This document shows, one piece after another, positions 24,675 through 37,075 of a stretch of 64,000 nt of DNA. The position numbers and the translations under genes are program-made. The stretch comes from Felis catus (lineage: Eukaryota): the NCBI RefSeq assembly GCF_018350175.1, contig NC_058368.1:9362001-9426000 (forward strand), given 5' to 3'. The notes below the pieces were generated by a model. The model was not told where the DNA came from. It made no database searches and was given only the letters and a program-made list of their open reading frames with translations. Position 1 is the stretch's first letter. Each line of letters opens with the position of its first letter.

Positions 24675-24894
24675 TTTTTTTTTTTAATTTTTTAATGTTT
24701 ATTTATTTCTGAGACAGAGGGACAGACCATGAGCAGGGGAGGGGCAGAGAGAGAGGGAGACACAGAATCCGAAGCAGGCTCCAGGCTCTGAGCTGTCAGC
24801 ACAGAGCCCGACGCGGGGCTCGAACTCACGAACCATGAGATCATGACCTGAGCCGAAGTCGGTCGCTCCACCGACTGAGCCACCCAGGCGCCCC
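24675..24894 (-). mobile_element. Can-SINE
   Basis: TSD tctctgcatat. Confidence 0.96.
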
Positions 24895-27709
24895 TCTCTG
24901 CATATGTCTTGCAACTGTTCGCCGATTATAATCAACGTGCTATACCCTGATAATCTCAAAAGGAAATTGAAAAAGTTTCCAGAAGAAAAATGTCCTTTCA
25001 AATCGTCAATGCTCATTCACACCTGCGATCACCTTTGTACCTCCGAGCTGTGTAAGAAGAATAAACACTGTTATCTCCATTTACTGTGAAGGCAGCAGAG
25101 TTCAGAATGCAAACAGCCTTGCCCAAGACCACACAACTACGAATGCAGGGACCCCCCCCTCCCCCACCCAGGCCTCTTGACCCTTGTGCAGAGGTCTGGG
25201 GAGACACGCCAGGGCACACGGTAGGAGAAAAGTGGCGGCAACACCAGAAAGGGACCAACGGTGTCCTTCCAGGCAAGGAATGAGCTCCGCCTGGGACAGA
25301 AAACATCTCTGAGTGTGCAATTATCAATATTTACCGTATATATCTAAGGAGGCTGTTTACGTACGCTTGCTTGAAATAGTCAGCATTTGTCAGTAATCTT
25401 ATCACATCATCTGGAGCCTTCGGTGCTGGTTTCACAGGGTTACTCCAGGTCACGTGGCCAAAGGAATGTTCATAAACACCATCTACTGAGGGAGAGAGTG
25501 TGGGGCATAGCGTGTCCTTCCCAGGCCCTTTCTGCGGGCCCCACAAGAAGGGGGTCAAGGTGGAGCCCATGTGAGTCCTTGCCTGGAGGAAGTCCTCCTT
25601 GGGGCACGGATGTGTGTGCCGTTCCTTTGCCATATCGGCATCTTTCACCCGCACACCCTGTGTTCGATTCAGAGAGCCCCAAGCCCCTGAGAACGGAGGC
25701 GCGCGCATTGTGACATCGGCCACATGAATCACAGTGGGAGCTCCGGGCAGCACCCGGCCGGCTGGCGCTCACACACCCGTCCTAACCATCCTTGATGGCG
25801 GTCAGCACATTCTTGTCTCTGCTGCCAAGGCTTGCCTTTCAGAAGCAGGTTGGGAGATACGTCTAGAGATTCAGAAATATTCTTTCCGCATCTACATTGA
25901 TTCAGGTGTGTTTGCCCAAGACCAGTGAGTTTCAGGGGCTCTAGATCATGCGTTGGGGAGCAGAAGCCCGGACGGAGAGCCAGCGGGCCTGCAGACAGAT
26001 TCGGCCCTGCTGGTAGCTGGGGGATCTCCAAGTCAGCACTTCTTCGTGGGTCAGCGTCTTCGTCCCCAAGATAGGACGGTGAAGGCAGCTGTGCCTCCCT
26101 GGTGGACGACTGTGAGAATCAAAGTAGAAAATGTGTGAGAAAATGCTTTACAGATGGTAAAGCTCTTTAGATGCACCAGGTGTAATTATTGATCTGCTGT
26201 GTCCTAAGAAATGAGAAGTCTCCTCCGTAGAGTTCCTTACTTTCACACACACATGGGGAAAAAAGATTATGTGTATATATATATATGGCTTCAATTTGAA
26301 GTTGTTCGTGGCTAATCCAAGTTCCTGGTAAACCTTTTTATAATGTTGAATGAAATTCTCTCAAGAGATTCTGTTGATGTAAGCACAAGGGGAAAAAAAA
26401 AAAAAAAAGCAATGTTGGCCGCCAACAAATAGGAATTTTTAAAAGATGCTTTCTTCCCGACGTCGTTACTTCTGCTTGGCACTCTCCAAATGCCTTTATT
26501 TCAAAAATGTTTTTCTCCTTGTTTCTTAAACGGGAGCTTTGGGAAGAGGCTCAGTACCAGACGACGTGTTGAAACTTTTAAAATGCAAATAAGTGTTTCA
26601 ATTCAAAATTCAGAATACCCTTCTGAATTTAAGTGCTATCCACTCTCAATGTTTAGACAGCGACCTGGCCACGATTATTCAAATTAAAAATAATAATCCC
26701 TTTGGGCGCAAAGGTGACAGAGCATGTGTGACAAAGCTAATGTTGGCTGAACGTCTCCTATGTGCCAGGCACACGGCTAAGTGTTTCAATCTCACGACTC
26801 GATGAGTAGGTATATCACCCCCATTTTGCAAATGGGGAAAACCCAGCTTGTTTGCGGACTTTCGCCGACTCAAAAAGACTTCCCTTTCCCCTCTAACGTG
26901 CTCACGGAACTCTCGCTGTTCTAGTGGATAATAAATGGAGAACACCACAAGCCCTGACAGATGGGCAGAAAACACTAGAAGAGCCACCCTTGCTACCTAT
27001 CAGGCAGGCACTGTGCTAGACCCTCATCGCAAAGTCTTGTTCGACCTCCCTGCCACCCCCTACCACTCCCGGAGGACAACGGGAGGCTTGGAAAGATGGC
27101 AAACTCCTATTTGTTGAGATGGTTCTTGGCCGCCAGGCCTCATGCAGGGTGCTTTTCAGTAGTTTCCTCAATTAAACATGAACAGAACTCATACATAAGG
27201 AAAGTAAAAAAAAAAAAAAATTGCAGAAACAAACATGGGGAAAATGGTCAACATCCTTAGCAATACAAAATTACGACTTAGAGTGCCAACGAGGTACCAA
27301 TTACACCTATCACGTTAGCCCAACGAAGTTAAATACCAATGGTAGTAGCTTCGTAGGGAAGCTAATTTATTTATATATTGCTAGTGGCGCTTTTATGATC
27401 AAACATTAAGCGAAGAAGCGGAATCCCAATGTAAATGTACTCTAAGATCATCCATGTACATGAAGGGAGTACGGCAAAATGAAAACAGCTGTGTGTTAAA
27501 GCGGGATGAAAATTTTGATCTCTTAAATTGTCTTGACTATTTAAAACAGTGTTTTTACAATGCATGAGATTGGGAGGAAACAGGGTTTTACCATCCCATT
27601 GCATCATTTTGTAGTTGACGGTTGCATTTCTGACTTGAAAAGATCAGGGATATCGCTAATACACGATGAAAAAAAGGCAGGATTCAGTCATTTTAAACTT
27701 CTGCCTTCA

Positions 27710-27929
27710 GGGGCGCCTGGGTGGTGCAGTCGGTTAAGTGTCTGACTTCAGCCAGGTCACGATCTCGCGGTCCGCGAGTTCGAGCCCCGCGTCGGGCTCT
27801 GGGCTGATGGCTCAGAGCCTGGAGCCTGTTTCCGATTCTGTGTCTCCCTCTCTCTCTGCCCCTCCCCCGTTCATGCTCTGTCTCTCTCTGTCCCAAAAAT
27901 AAATAAACGTTGAAAAAAAAATTTTTTTT
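27710..27929 (+). mobile_element. Can-SINE, young SINEC_Fc type
   Basis: near consensus; TSD aacttctgccttca. Confidence 0.97.
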
Positions 27930-28129
27930 AACTTCTGCCTTCACTTGAGATATTGAAAGCAAGCTCTGTAGAATTTGTCAATCTCCACTCAACCCCTTCA
28001 TTTTCATGATGAAGGAACGGAAGCCCCGAAGGATGGGATCCCTTGTCGGGGTCACATAGTTGCCTGTGAAGATGCGGCTAGCACCTGTTGTTTCATTTTC
28101 TAAAAATCCCATAAAACGAAAATGCATAT

Positions 28130-28904
28130 ATTTATATAAAACCACCATGAGGTGTTTTACTATAGCACTTTGGACACCTAATGGGTGTTGTTTTCCCCAA
28201 CGCCAGCAAATTCTCCAGGTCTCTGGACACCAGCTGGGTGTTCCGCAGTTCCATTCGATTCTGACGCTAATGCCCTGCACTTAGCACAGATGTCACAGGG
28301 TAAGGGCTCAGTCCCACGAGACTGTCCCCACTTCAGACACCCGTTGCAAGTCCCAGGTTGCCACCTGTACTTCTGACCCACTGGCTATAGCTCTGGAGTT
28401 CCCACGACCCCCTCCTTAGGGTCAATAACTTGCTAGATCAGCTTAGAAAACACATGAAAATATTTTCCTTACTATTACAGGTTTAGTATAAAGAATAAAA
28501 ATGAACAGCCAGATGAAGAGATACACAGGGTAGGGTCTGGTTAAGGTCCCGCAGAGGGGCTTCTGTTCACACGGAGTTTGGGCTGCACCACGTTCCCAGC
28601 CCATGGATACGCTCACCAACCTGCGAGCTCTCGAAACCCCATCAGTGAGGGGGTCTTGTGGAGGTTTCATTGATTAAACCCATTGGCCTTCGGTGATTGA
28701 ACTCAACTTCCAGCCCCATTCCACTCCCTGGAGGTTGGGGAGTAGGCCTGAAAGACTCCACCCTCTAACCATGCCTTGGTCTTTCTGGTCACCAGTCCCC
28801 ATCCGGAAGCCATCCAGGAGCCCCCGGCCACCAGTCATCTCAGTAGCACACAAAAGACACTCTTACGCAAAACCAAATATTTATATTTCTTATTGTGTCA
28901 TACA
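28130..28904 (-). mobile_element. MER21-family solo LTR (MER21B-like)
   Basis: reverse complement starts tgtatgacacaataagaaatataaatatttgg...gagatgactggtggc...accagaaagaccaaggcatggttagaggg, following the MER21 consensus. Confidence 0.8.
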
Positions 28905-29039
28905 CCAAAAACTCATCATTATTAAAATGGGTAGACCCCCGAATCCAAAAGCTGGCACAAGTATGTCCCTAGGGCCCATTCTAGGGCCTCTGGATGGGTA
29001 CGTTGGCCACCAGCCTTGAGTTATGGGCTTACTCGCAGG

Positions 29040-29222
29040 AAGTGGTTCTCACTGTGGGTCTCTGGGCCAGCTGCATCGGCATCAGCTGGCAATTTGTCAG
29101 AAATGCACATTCTCAGGCCCCATCCACAGTGTCTCATGAATCATAAAGCCCGAGGATGCGGCAATCTGTCTTTTAATGAACTCTCCAGGTGCTTCTGGCG
29201 TGCGCTAAAGGTCGAGAACCAG
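29040..29222. mobile_element. MER5A-like hAT MITE, copy 1
   Basis: gtggttctca...ccagctgcatcggcatcagctgg...gaaatgcacattctcaggcccc...gagaacca. Confidence 0.8.
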
Positions 29223-29231
29223 GCTCTAAGG

Positions 29232-29400
29232 AAGTGCTTCTCCAACTTTAATGCGCATCGGAATCACCTGAGGATCTAGTGAAAAATGCAGGTTCTGAAT
29301 CAGTAGGTCTGAAAGGACGGATTCAGAGAGAAAGCATTTCCAACGAACTCTCAGGTTATGCCACTGCTGCTTCTTTGGGAACCACACTTTGAGTAGTAAG
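29232..29400. mobile_element. MER5-like MITE, copy 2 (opposite orientation)
   Basis: agtgcttctccaactttaatgcgcatcggaatcacctg...gaaccacactttgagtag. Confidence 0.8.
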
Positions 29401-29459
29401 ATTCTATTAAAGCCGTGCCCCCAGGTGAGCTCAGATATTGACTATCCTCTCTCCCTGTC

Positions 29460-29618
29460 CTTGTTATTCAGGGTCGTACAGGACCAGCAGGCTGGGCATC
29501 CACTGAAGCTTGTAAGAAAATTAGAATCTCAGCACCACCCCAGACCCATGAAATCAAATCTGCATTTTAATAAGATCCTCAGAGTTGTTGGCAATATTAA
29601 AGTTCGAGAAGTGCTTCT
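29460..29618. mobile_element. MER5-like MITE, copy 3
   Basis: ggaccagcaggctgggcatc...aatctgcattttaataagatcc...aaagttcgagaagtgc. Confidence 0.75.
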
Positions 29619-30089
29619 GAGGGCTGCTGGATGCCAACATCACTGAACCAGCCACCAGCCCAGGCAGCCTATAAGACTCTACCCCAGTGTGATTGACAAA
29701 GGTCACCATCTTCCACTTTTGAAAAAGCCTGGTGGCGTGGGTATAAGAAGTGAAAAGCTTGGGGCTCACCAGTCTGAACAGCCGATAGGAGGTGCTGCAG
29801 AGACGATGGGGTCCGGTAGGCATGGAGAAGTATTTTTAAATGTGAGAGTTTAAGAAATAAGGACACTCCCTTCTCCCCCCCCCCCCAGAAATCAATCGTC
29901 ATTGGTAGTTTTGCCAAGCGGTACGACTTCCCCACAGATGGGTGGGTGGGTGGCACACCGAGGTTACCTTCACCCCCTCCTAAACCTTCCCTCCCACCTG
30001 TGTCCCCGCTCCAGAAGCAAAGGAAGCAAAAAAGAAAACGGATGACGAAGAAAGGGTTTCAGTCAGAGCGTTTCAGAGCAATTGCGTAC

Positions 30090-30603
30090 GGTATTAGTTT
30101 TCTGTGCCTGCTGTAACAAATCGCCCCCAAACTTAGTGCCTTAAGATAACGCAGATTGATCATCTGATAGGTCTGGAGGTCAGAAGTCAGACATTCGTTT
30201 CTCTGGACTGACTCGAGGGGCAGGCAGGCTAGTGTTCCTTCCACAAGCTGTAGGAGAAAATACATCCTCTTGCCTCTTCCAGCTTCTGCAGGCTACCTGC
30301 CTTCCTCGCCTTCCTCCACCTTCAAAGCTAGCAGCGTAGCATTTTTGAAATTTTCTGTTTCTCCAACTGTGCTTCTGTCCTCGAGTCTCCTCTGATTCTG
30401 ACGCTGCGGCCTCCCCCTTTCCCGTATAAGGACCCCTGTGACGACACTGGGCCCACCCAGACAATCGAGGGAAACCTCTCCATCTCAAGGTCTCTAACTT
30501 GATCACATCTGCAAAGTCCCTTCTGTCATGTAAGGGACCATATTCACAGGTCTCAGGGATTGGGATGTGGACATCTTTGAGGGCCTTTACTCTGCCTCCC
30601 ACG
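30090..30603 (-). mobile_element. MaLR solo LTR (MLT1D-like)
   Basis: gtattagttttctgtgcctgctgtaacaa...catctcaaggtctctaacttgatcacatctgcaaagtccc...ggatgtggacatctttg. Confidence 0.88.
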
Positions 30604-31148
30604 CCGACTTTTTCAAGTTCCCCTGATGGGTCTGGTGCAGAAGGGTGCCACCTTGCCGGGGGCTGTGCTAGGCTCCTGGGGCCCCCGTCTTTATCTTGGT
30701 GAAGATAATGTGTATGTCACTGCCTCATTCAGAGCTGGGAACAGTGCGATATTTCATGTGTCAGACTTCCCGCTGTCAGCAGGGCTCAGCTTAAGTTATT
30801 TATAGTGTCGATGGCTTGGCTTTTGCATTAATGGAGACTGTTTGCAGTAAATAAATTAAGATAGGAGCTGCCCAAAGCCAAGCTGGGGAGTCTTTTCTGT
30901 TCTGTGGGACAGGAGGCTCACGGTGAGGACTGAATGGGACTCAAAGGGTATTTTTGTGTATCAGACCCAGCTGCCCCCATGCCAACCCCAACTATATCTG
31001 AAATACACTTATCTCATGAAACCTCCACCGAGGACTGGCTTTTCTTTCTTGTTTTAAAGGACTAGAGCCAGTGAAGGGCACTTGGTGAGTGAACGGCCTC
31101 AAGCCCCCACTGCCATTTAGGAGTTCGTCAACAAAACCTCTGCTTCTT

Positions 31149-31370
31149 GGGGCGCCTGGGTGGCGCAGTCGGTTAAGCGTCCGACTTCAGCCAGGTCACG
31201 ATCTCGCGGTCCGTGAGTTCGAGCCCCGCGTCGGGCTCTGGGCTGATGGCTCAGAGCCTGGAGCCTGTTTCTGATTCTGTGTCTCCCTCTCTCTCTGCCC
31301 CTCCCCCGTTCACGCTCTGTCTCTCTCTGTCCCAAAAATAAATAAACGTTGAAAAAAAAAATTTAAAAAA
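31149..31370 (+). mobile_element. Can-SINE, young SINEC_Fc type
   Basis: near consensus; TSD aaaacctctgcttct. Confidence 0.97.
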
Positions 31371-33135
31371 AACCTCTGCTTCTCGTAAGGCTGTGACCTT
31401 GAACAGGAAGCCTGGGCATACGGAGACCCTTCCAGCCCATGGCCCTCCCTTACTGATGCTCATGGAGTTCCTTCTGGAAACCACAGTGACGATGGAGGCT
31501 CTCCTTGCAGCTGGGGCTAGAAAGTTCCTTCCCTGGCCCTGTGTGTCTGGACGTGCGAGATGCTGGGGATAAGACCGGGAAAGGTTTGGTGGCCCCACCC
31601 CAGGAGCTTGCTGAGAAAGAGGAAGACTGGCGGGTGTCACATTACAATTAAGGGCACTAAGGGGACAGAGCGGGAGCCCTGATCCAGCCTGGAAACACCT
31701 GAGAATGAGGAGTTAAGCAGGAGGAGCTGGGGCTGCTGGGAGAAGCAGGGCACAAAGCAGGAGGCAGTGGCTGCCTGTGAATATTTGTGTGATTATTATT
31801 ATTAGTTTATTCTTGCCCTCATGAGACCCACAAAGGCAGCTGTAATCGTAGTAACATTGAGCACTCGCCCTCCGCGTACCATTTGCCAAGTGCCGAGGAC
31901 TTTCCACCCATCCACTCATTTAAGGCTCACGATCACCTTATAAAGCAGCGACAGTCGTTATACTGGAAGGGGACCCAAGCACAGAGATCATAAAACAGAG
32001 ATGACACCACCGGAAGCGGGATGCTCGAGTTCCGAGGACCTGGCTCCACAGCAGACGCAGGCCAGGGGAGGTAAGGGCAGCACTATACTAGACAAAGAAT
32101 TCCGGATCCTTCCAATCAAGAGCTCTGGGCCTCGGCCACGTTGATGGGGCTTGGTCGCCATTTGCAGAGCCTGGCACGCTACCAAAGGACACGCGAGGAG
32201 GAGGTGGGCAGGTGAGGGATGGGGCAGAGAGGGGCCCCTCGTTAGCTGCTCCCCGCTGCAATTTGTGAAAGACACAGTCACGTGGAACCAGAGCCCCAGC
32301 AGAAACAGGAGCCCGCCCTTTAGCTCACAAATCTTGGGACCCAGAGGGCGTTGATCCGCTGTGTAGAGCGGCAGGTGCCTCGATACAGGCCAAGAGCAAG
32401 GACTCCCTGCGTTCTGTGGCTGGCAGGTCCAGGCCACACGGCCCAGCGTTGGTGGCTGATGTGGGCTGGGTGGACAGCCACAACACCAAGGCCTGGGTCT
32501 CGGGAAACATCCGTGGATGCTGATAAAACCAGCCCGTACAGCTCCCCTCTGCCGCCTCTGTTACGGGCACGGCCAACCGACTACAGCCACTCTTTCTGCC
32601 TCAGTGGGTCCAGTACAATTTGGCAACAACTCGGTTCTGCCTTCCAACAACCCACCTGAGGATCCGCAGAACTCCACCTCACCCCTTCGGTCGTTTCGCT
32701 AGGAGGAGATGGGCCATGCAGGGGCTCCGCGGGCGGGCTTACTGTGCACATACTCAGGAAGTTCAAAATAAACATCGGCGATTTGCAGACGTGCTTGCTC
32801 CCAACAATCTGGGTGCTTCGAACAACTGGGGCCCAGCACACGGGCTGCAGCCAGACTGGGGAGGGAGCTGGGAGCTCCTCAAGCCATTGGAGGCATCCCC
32901 ACAAGCGAGTCTCTTCCGTTTAACTGACCCATAAAAGCAAGATTCCTGATGATACCTGAGGGAAAATTAAGCGCCTCGGGCAAATTATTCCAAGCGCCCT
33001 GCCAAGTATTACTAGCTTTTCTTTGTTGGTTTTAGTTTTCCTGATTAGACTTCAAGGCCAGAGACAATTGAGTTAATCAGATTCCCCAGTTCTTAGTTGA
33101 CATCAGCAGCTGTGGTTAAGAGCTGACAGGTTCAG

Positions 33136-33357
33136 GGGGCGCCTGGGTGGCTCTGTCATCTAAGTTTCCAACTTCGGCTCAGGTCACGATCTCATGGTTG
33201 GGGAGTTGGAGCTCTGTGAGTTCTGTGCTGACAGCTCAGAACCTGGAGCCTGCTTCGGATTCTGTGTCTCCTTCTCTCTCTGCCCCTCTGCTGCTTGCCC
33301 TCTGTCTCTGTCTCTGTCCGTCTCTCAAAAATAAATAAAAATTTAAAAATACAGAAA
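33136..33357 (+). mobile_element. Can-SINE inserted in a MIR (~33105-33560)
   Basis: perfect TSD aagagctgacaggttca. Confidence 0.95.
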
Positions 33358-33854
33358 AAGAGCTGACAGGTTCACGTCCTGGTTCTACCACTTAGCGGCC
33401 ATGTGGCCTGGGGCAGTGTGCTCAACTTCTCTGTTAACTAGGAGTAAAAATGATGCCTACCACCATTATCCTATCGTGACAAAAAAAAAAAAAAGTAATT
33501 GCACATAAAACACCGAGAGCTGTGACTGATGCATAGTAGATGCACTGTGTTTCCTGTATTATTATTATTGTTTATTTTATTTTTCCCCCTTTCCCCTGAC
33601 CTCTACTTCCTTTCCCCTCTCCAGGAAACCAGTCTAAAGTATCTGATATATGACCTGTTATCCTTGTATACAGGCTTCTCAAAGTCAGAATTAACTCCAA
33701 GCCACAAGTCACAGCTAACGGCTGATGATGCTTTGTTAACCATTCCCACAAGTGCTGTATGAATTACGACCAGCTATAGTGATCACCGTACCCGATCCTA
33801 ACCATGTAATTTACCCGTAAAATAAATTTTTTATAGGCACATACTTTTTACGGA

Positions 33855-34230
33855 TGGTGTATAAGTCCAGATTCTTAATCGCAGGCAATAGGAATTGATC
33901 CCGGCTGAGGACCTCACGGAACACACAGCAGGTGGTTGGGGGAGACGTTCCTTTAATCCATGCCATCTTATAGGGACTAAGGCTGAAAAAGGCTTTCTCA
34001 TCTTCAACATAGGGCTTTGGAGGCTACCCAGGGCATCAGCATTCACAAAATAGAGAAGAAAGGGGGGGGGGGCGGTCAAGTATGGGAGGGGTCACGGCCG
34101 GGCCTGGAAGTGGCCCCATACCATAGACTGGAATTCAGTCACAAGACCTAACTGCAAGGGAGGTGGGAAATGTGTTCTGGCCATGTGCCTCAGGGAGAAA
34201 AGGAAATAAATTTAGTGATTAGCTAAGGAC
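33855..34230 (-). mobile_element. old MaLR LTR (MLT1I/J-like)
   Basis: gcctggaagtggcccc...cctaactgcaagggaggtgggaaatgtgttct. Confidence 0.6.
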
Positions 34231-34784
34231 AACAAGTACTTGGTCCTCACCGTCACCATGGCAGAAAACAGGATCTCCCTCCCACCCAGACCCATATAGG
34301 AAGGAATTCTGCAGGCTTATATAGAAGCTTCAGATGCTCAGCCATCAAAAAGATGACAAATGTTTAAAAAGGGGAATTATAAGACAGACCCAGTGTCTCT
34401 CTTGAGGGTGCAAATGAGATGTTGGCTGGGCTGCACTCATCTGAAGACTTGATTGGGGCGGGAGGGCCCATTTCTTCGGTGGTGGTGGGGAGGAAGTTGC
34501 AAAAGTTTCTCAGACAGATTTTCTATGAAGTGTTCCTCAATTCTGTTTAAATCACGGTGGATCTATGATTAATAGCATGATTTTAATCACCCAGTGGCTG
34601 GGCGGGGGGGCTGTCTTCTGGCATTGAAATTTTATATGTAGCTTCCACAAAATGATCCAAGATTTACAGTGGCAGACATGCTGGATTATCAGCATTAGAT
34701 TCCGCCCACACCAGGCTTAAAGCCATGTGTTCACCCACAAGCAGTGAACAAGAGGACCCAGGACTGTGTATGTTCCTGCTTTGT

Positions 34785-35065
34785 CCCTAGAAAACCCAGC
34801 AGCTTAAAGCAACAACAAGCATTTATTATCTTGCACAGTTGTTTGGGTCAGGGTTTAGCTGTGTCTCTCCCAAGGTTGCCAATGAGACATCGGCTGGGGC
34901 GGCAGTCTCATCTGAAGACTTGACTGGGGCTGGAGGATCTACTTCTATGGTGGTTCATTCACATGGCTGGCCAGTTGGCACTGCTTGTTCCTAACTGGGG
35001 ACTGTGCAAGGTGTGAACACCAGGAGACAAGGATCACCGGGGCTGCCTTGGATGCTGTTTCACAG
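34785..35065 (-). mobile_element. MaLR LTR (MLT1F/G-like), internally deleted
   Basis: gcttaaagcaacaacaagcatttattatc...tcatctgaagacttgactggggctggaggatc...gtgtgaacaccaggag. Confidence 0.7.
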
Positions 35066-35689
35066 GTGACATTATTCTTGGGCAGTGGGCAGTGGTGCCT
35101 TGGTACCAACATGCTCTTCTAGGTGGGCACTGCTCCCATGTGGTAAAGAGAAGAATAGGGGGAGGGCTGGGGGTGGGAGCCAGTGATTTATGTCTGTCCC
35201 AGTGCAGTTTCAGTCACGAGTAACTGCTTGAGCTGCTAAGAAGTGTCCCCATTCCAGCAGGATCGGTGCCGGCATTGAAGAGGCTCAGCAGTGGTTGCCT
35301 CTTAGTAGAAGAAAAACTGAGGTCCCGGCAAAGTTCATGTTTGTATTTTAGGCACCCATGGGCAGTGGGGGAGGGAAGACATAATGCCTGGAGTCAGAAT
35401 GGATGAGTGGTTGTGGGATGGAGTGTGAAGCAGGGGCCAATATCTGAAAATACACATGGAGAAAATGGAAGGACCTCGGGCAGGCGTTCTGAGGTGTTAA
35501 AATGAGCACTCCGGGGCACATCTTTGGGAAACTGAGGGAAAAGCTGGATGTCAGATTAGAGTGGATGGCTCTGGTAACTTCTAAGGAACTAGTTTTTATT
35601 GGACCCAGCTGTGCCCATCACTCCTGGGGTCCTGCCTTCCAAGAGGCCCCCATAGAGAGCGTGGACACAGCATTTATTAATGCTTCTAA

Positions 35690-36160
35690 GCTCCACTGCC
35701 CATTTGCCCACTCTGCTCAGACTCCTCCTAGGCAACCTTTACGGCTGCACAGTGGGCTCCCTTGCCCTCTGGCTTCTGGGGGATTCAGCCCATGGAAGAC
35801 CAGAGGAGGTCAAAGCCCAGGTGTTTATGTCCCCAGTTCCCTTTCTCCAGGAAGACCACTGAGGACCACAGCACCTGCCAGGTGGCCGTGTCCTACAACT
35901 GTTATGACTACACTCTCCAGGCTCAGGACACTGTGCTCCACCCCCGCCCACCCCCCCACCCACCCCCCCCGCCCTGCCTTGCCACTCCAGATGTCAAACA
36001 GTGTGGTTCCTTCACTGTTGCTAGCCCTTGGGTACTTTACCACCCCCCCCCCCCACTGGTTTCTCCTGACCTTGCCCACACCATCTGTGATTTATCTCTT
36101 TATGCAACTTTCCTTGATCTGTCCTGGTGCCATGTTCCCCCCGCCCCCTTCCAGGACACA
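35690..36160 (+). mobile_element. ERVL solo LTR (LTR33-like)
   Basis: gggctcccttgccctctggcttct...ctgttgctagcccttgggtact...ccttgcccacacc. Confidence 0.7.
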
Positions 36161-36326
36161 GGGTTGTGTGTTACTAGGCTGTGAACTGCTCCAGCACTTT
36201 CTGGCTTCACTCAGGTGAGTTTTGAGCGGCACGCACCCTCGAGGGGAGCCTTCTTGCGGAACATTCGTGCTATGATGTCTTATCTGCAGCTGCCATAGAA
36301 GTTAGTGTATCTAAACAATTTTCATA

Positions 36327-36841
36327 AGGGATACAGGAGTGCTGATGCATAGGGGCACTTGTACCCCAATGTTTATAGTAGCACTTTCAACAATAGCCAA
36401 ATTATGGAAAGAGCCTGACTGTCCATCAACTGACGAACGGATAAAGAAACTGTGGTCTATACACACAATGGAATACTACGGGGCAATGCGAAAGAACGAA
36501 GTCTGGCCTTTTGTAGCAACATGGATGGAACTGGAGGGTATTATGCTAAGTGAAATAAGTCAGACAGAGAAAGACAGATACCATACGTTTTCACTCTTAT
36601 GTGGATCCTGAGAAACTTAACAGAAGACCATGGCGGGGGGGGGGGGGGAAGGGGAAAAAAAAAAAGTTAGAGAGGGAAGGATCCAAACCATAAGAGACTC
36701 TTAAAAACTGAGAATAAACTGAGGGTTGATGGGGGGTGGGAGGGAGGGGAAAGTGGGTGATGGGCATTGAGGAGGGCACCTATTGGGATGAGCACTGGGT
36801 GTTGTATGGAAACAAATTTGACAATAAATTTCATATTAAAA

Positions 36842-36869
<28 letters not shown>
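36327..36869 (+). mobile_element. feline L1 (L1_Fc) 3' end, 5'-truncated, carrying the ORF2 C-terminus
   Basis: ORF 36339-36611 ...TCTPMFIVALSTIAKLWKEPDCPSTDERIKKLW...WMELEGIMLSEISQ is the L1 ORF2 C-terminus; (AAAT)n tail; TSD taaacaattttcata/taaacaatcttcaaa. Confidence 0.95.
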
Positions 36870-36872
<3 letters not shown>

Positions 36873-36941
36873 ACAATCTTCAAAGACAATGAAATGTAAG
36901 TTTCCCGTGAATGCTGACACCTGCCTTGATTGCAGAGGCTT

Positions 36942-37075
36942 CTCATTCATTCATTCATTCATTCAATAATCCTATTTATTAAGCGGTAGGTGCTTAATAA
37001 ATACGTGTCAGGCATTATTCTAGGTGCTGGAAATACAACAGTAAGCAAAACCTCCGACCCTCTGCTTTCATAGAC
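36942..37075 (-). mobile_element. L2 3' end containing an inverted micro-duplication
   Basis: (CATT)n, tatttattaagc...tgtcaggcattattctaggtgctggaaatacaacagt. Confidence 0.8.

Noticed and set aside
35502..36218. 238-aa ORF
   Set aside because: Mostly an LTR33-like repeat with C-homopolymers; no protein similarity that I recognise
36339..36611. 90-aa ORF with real protein similarity
   Set aside because: C-terminus of L1 ORF2 in a 5'-truncated element, not a host gene
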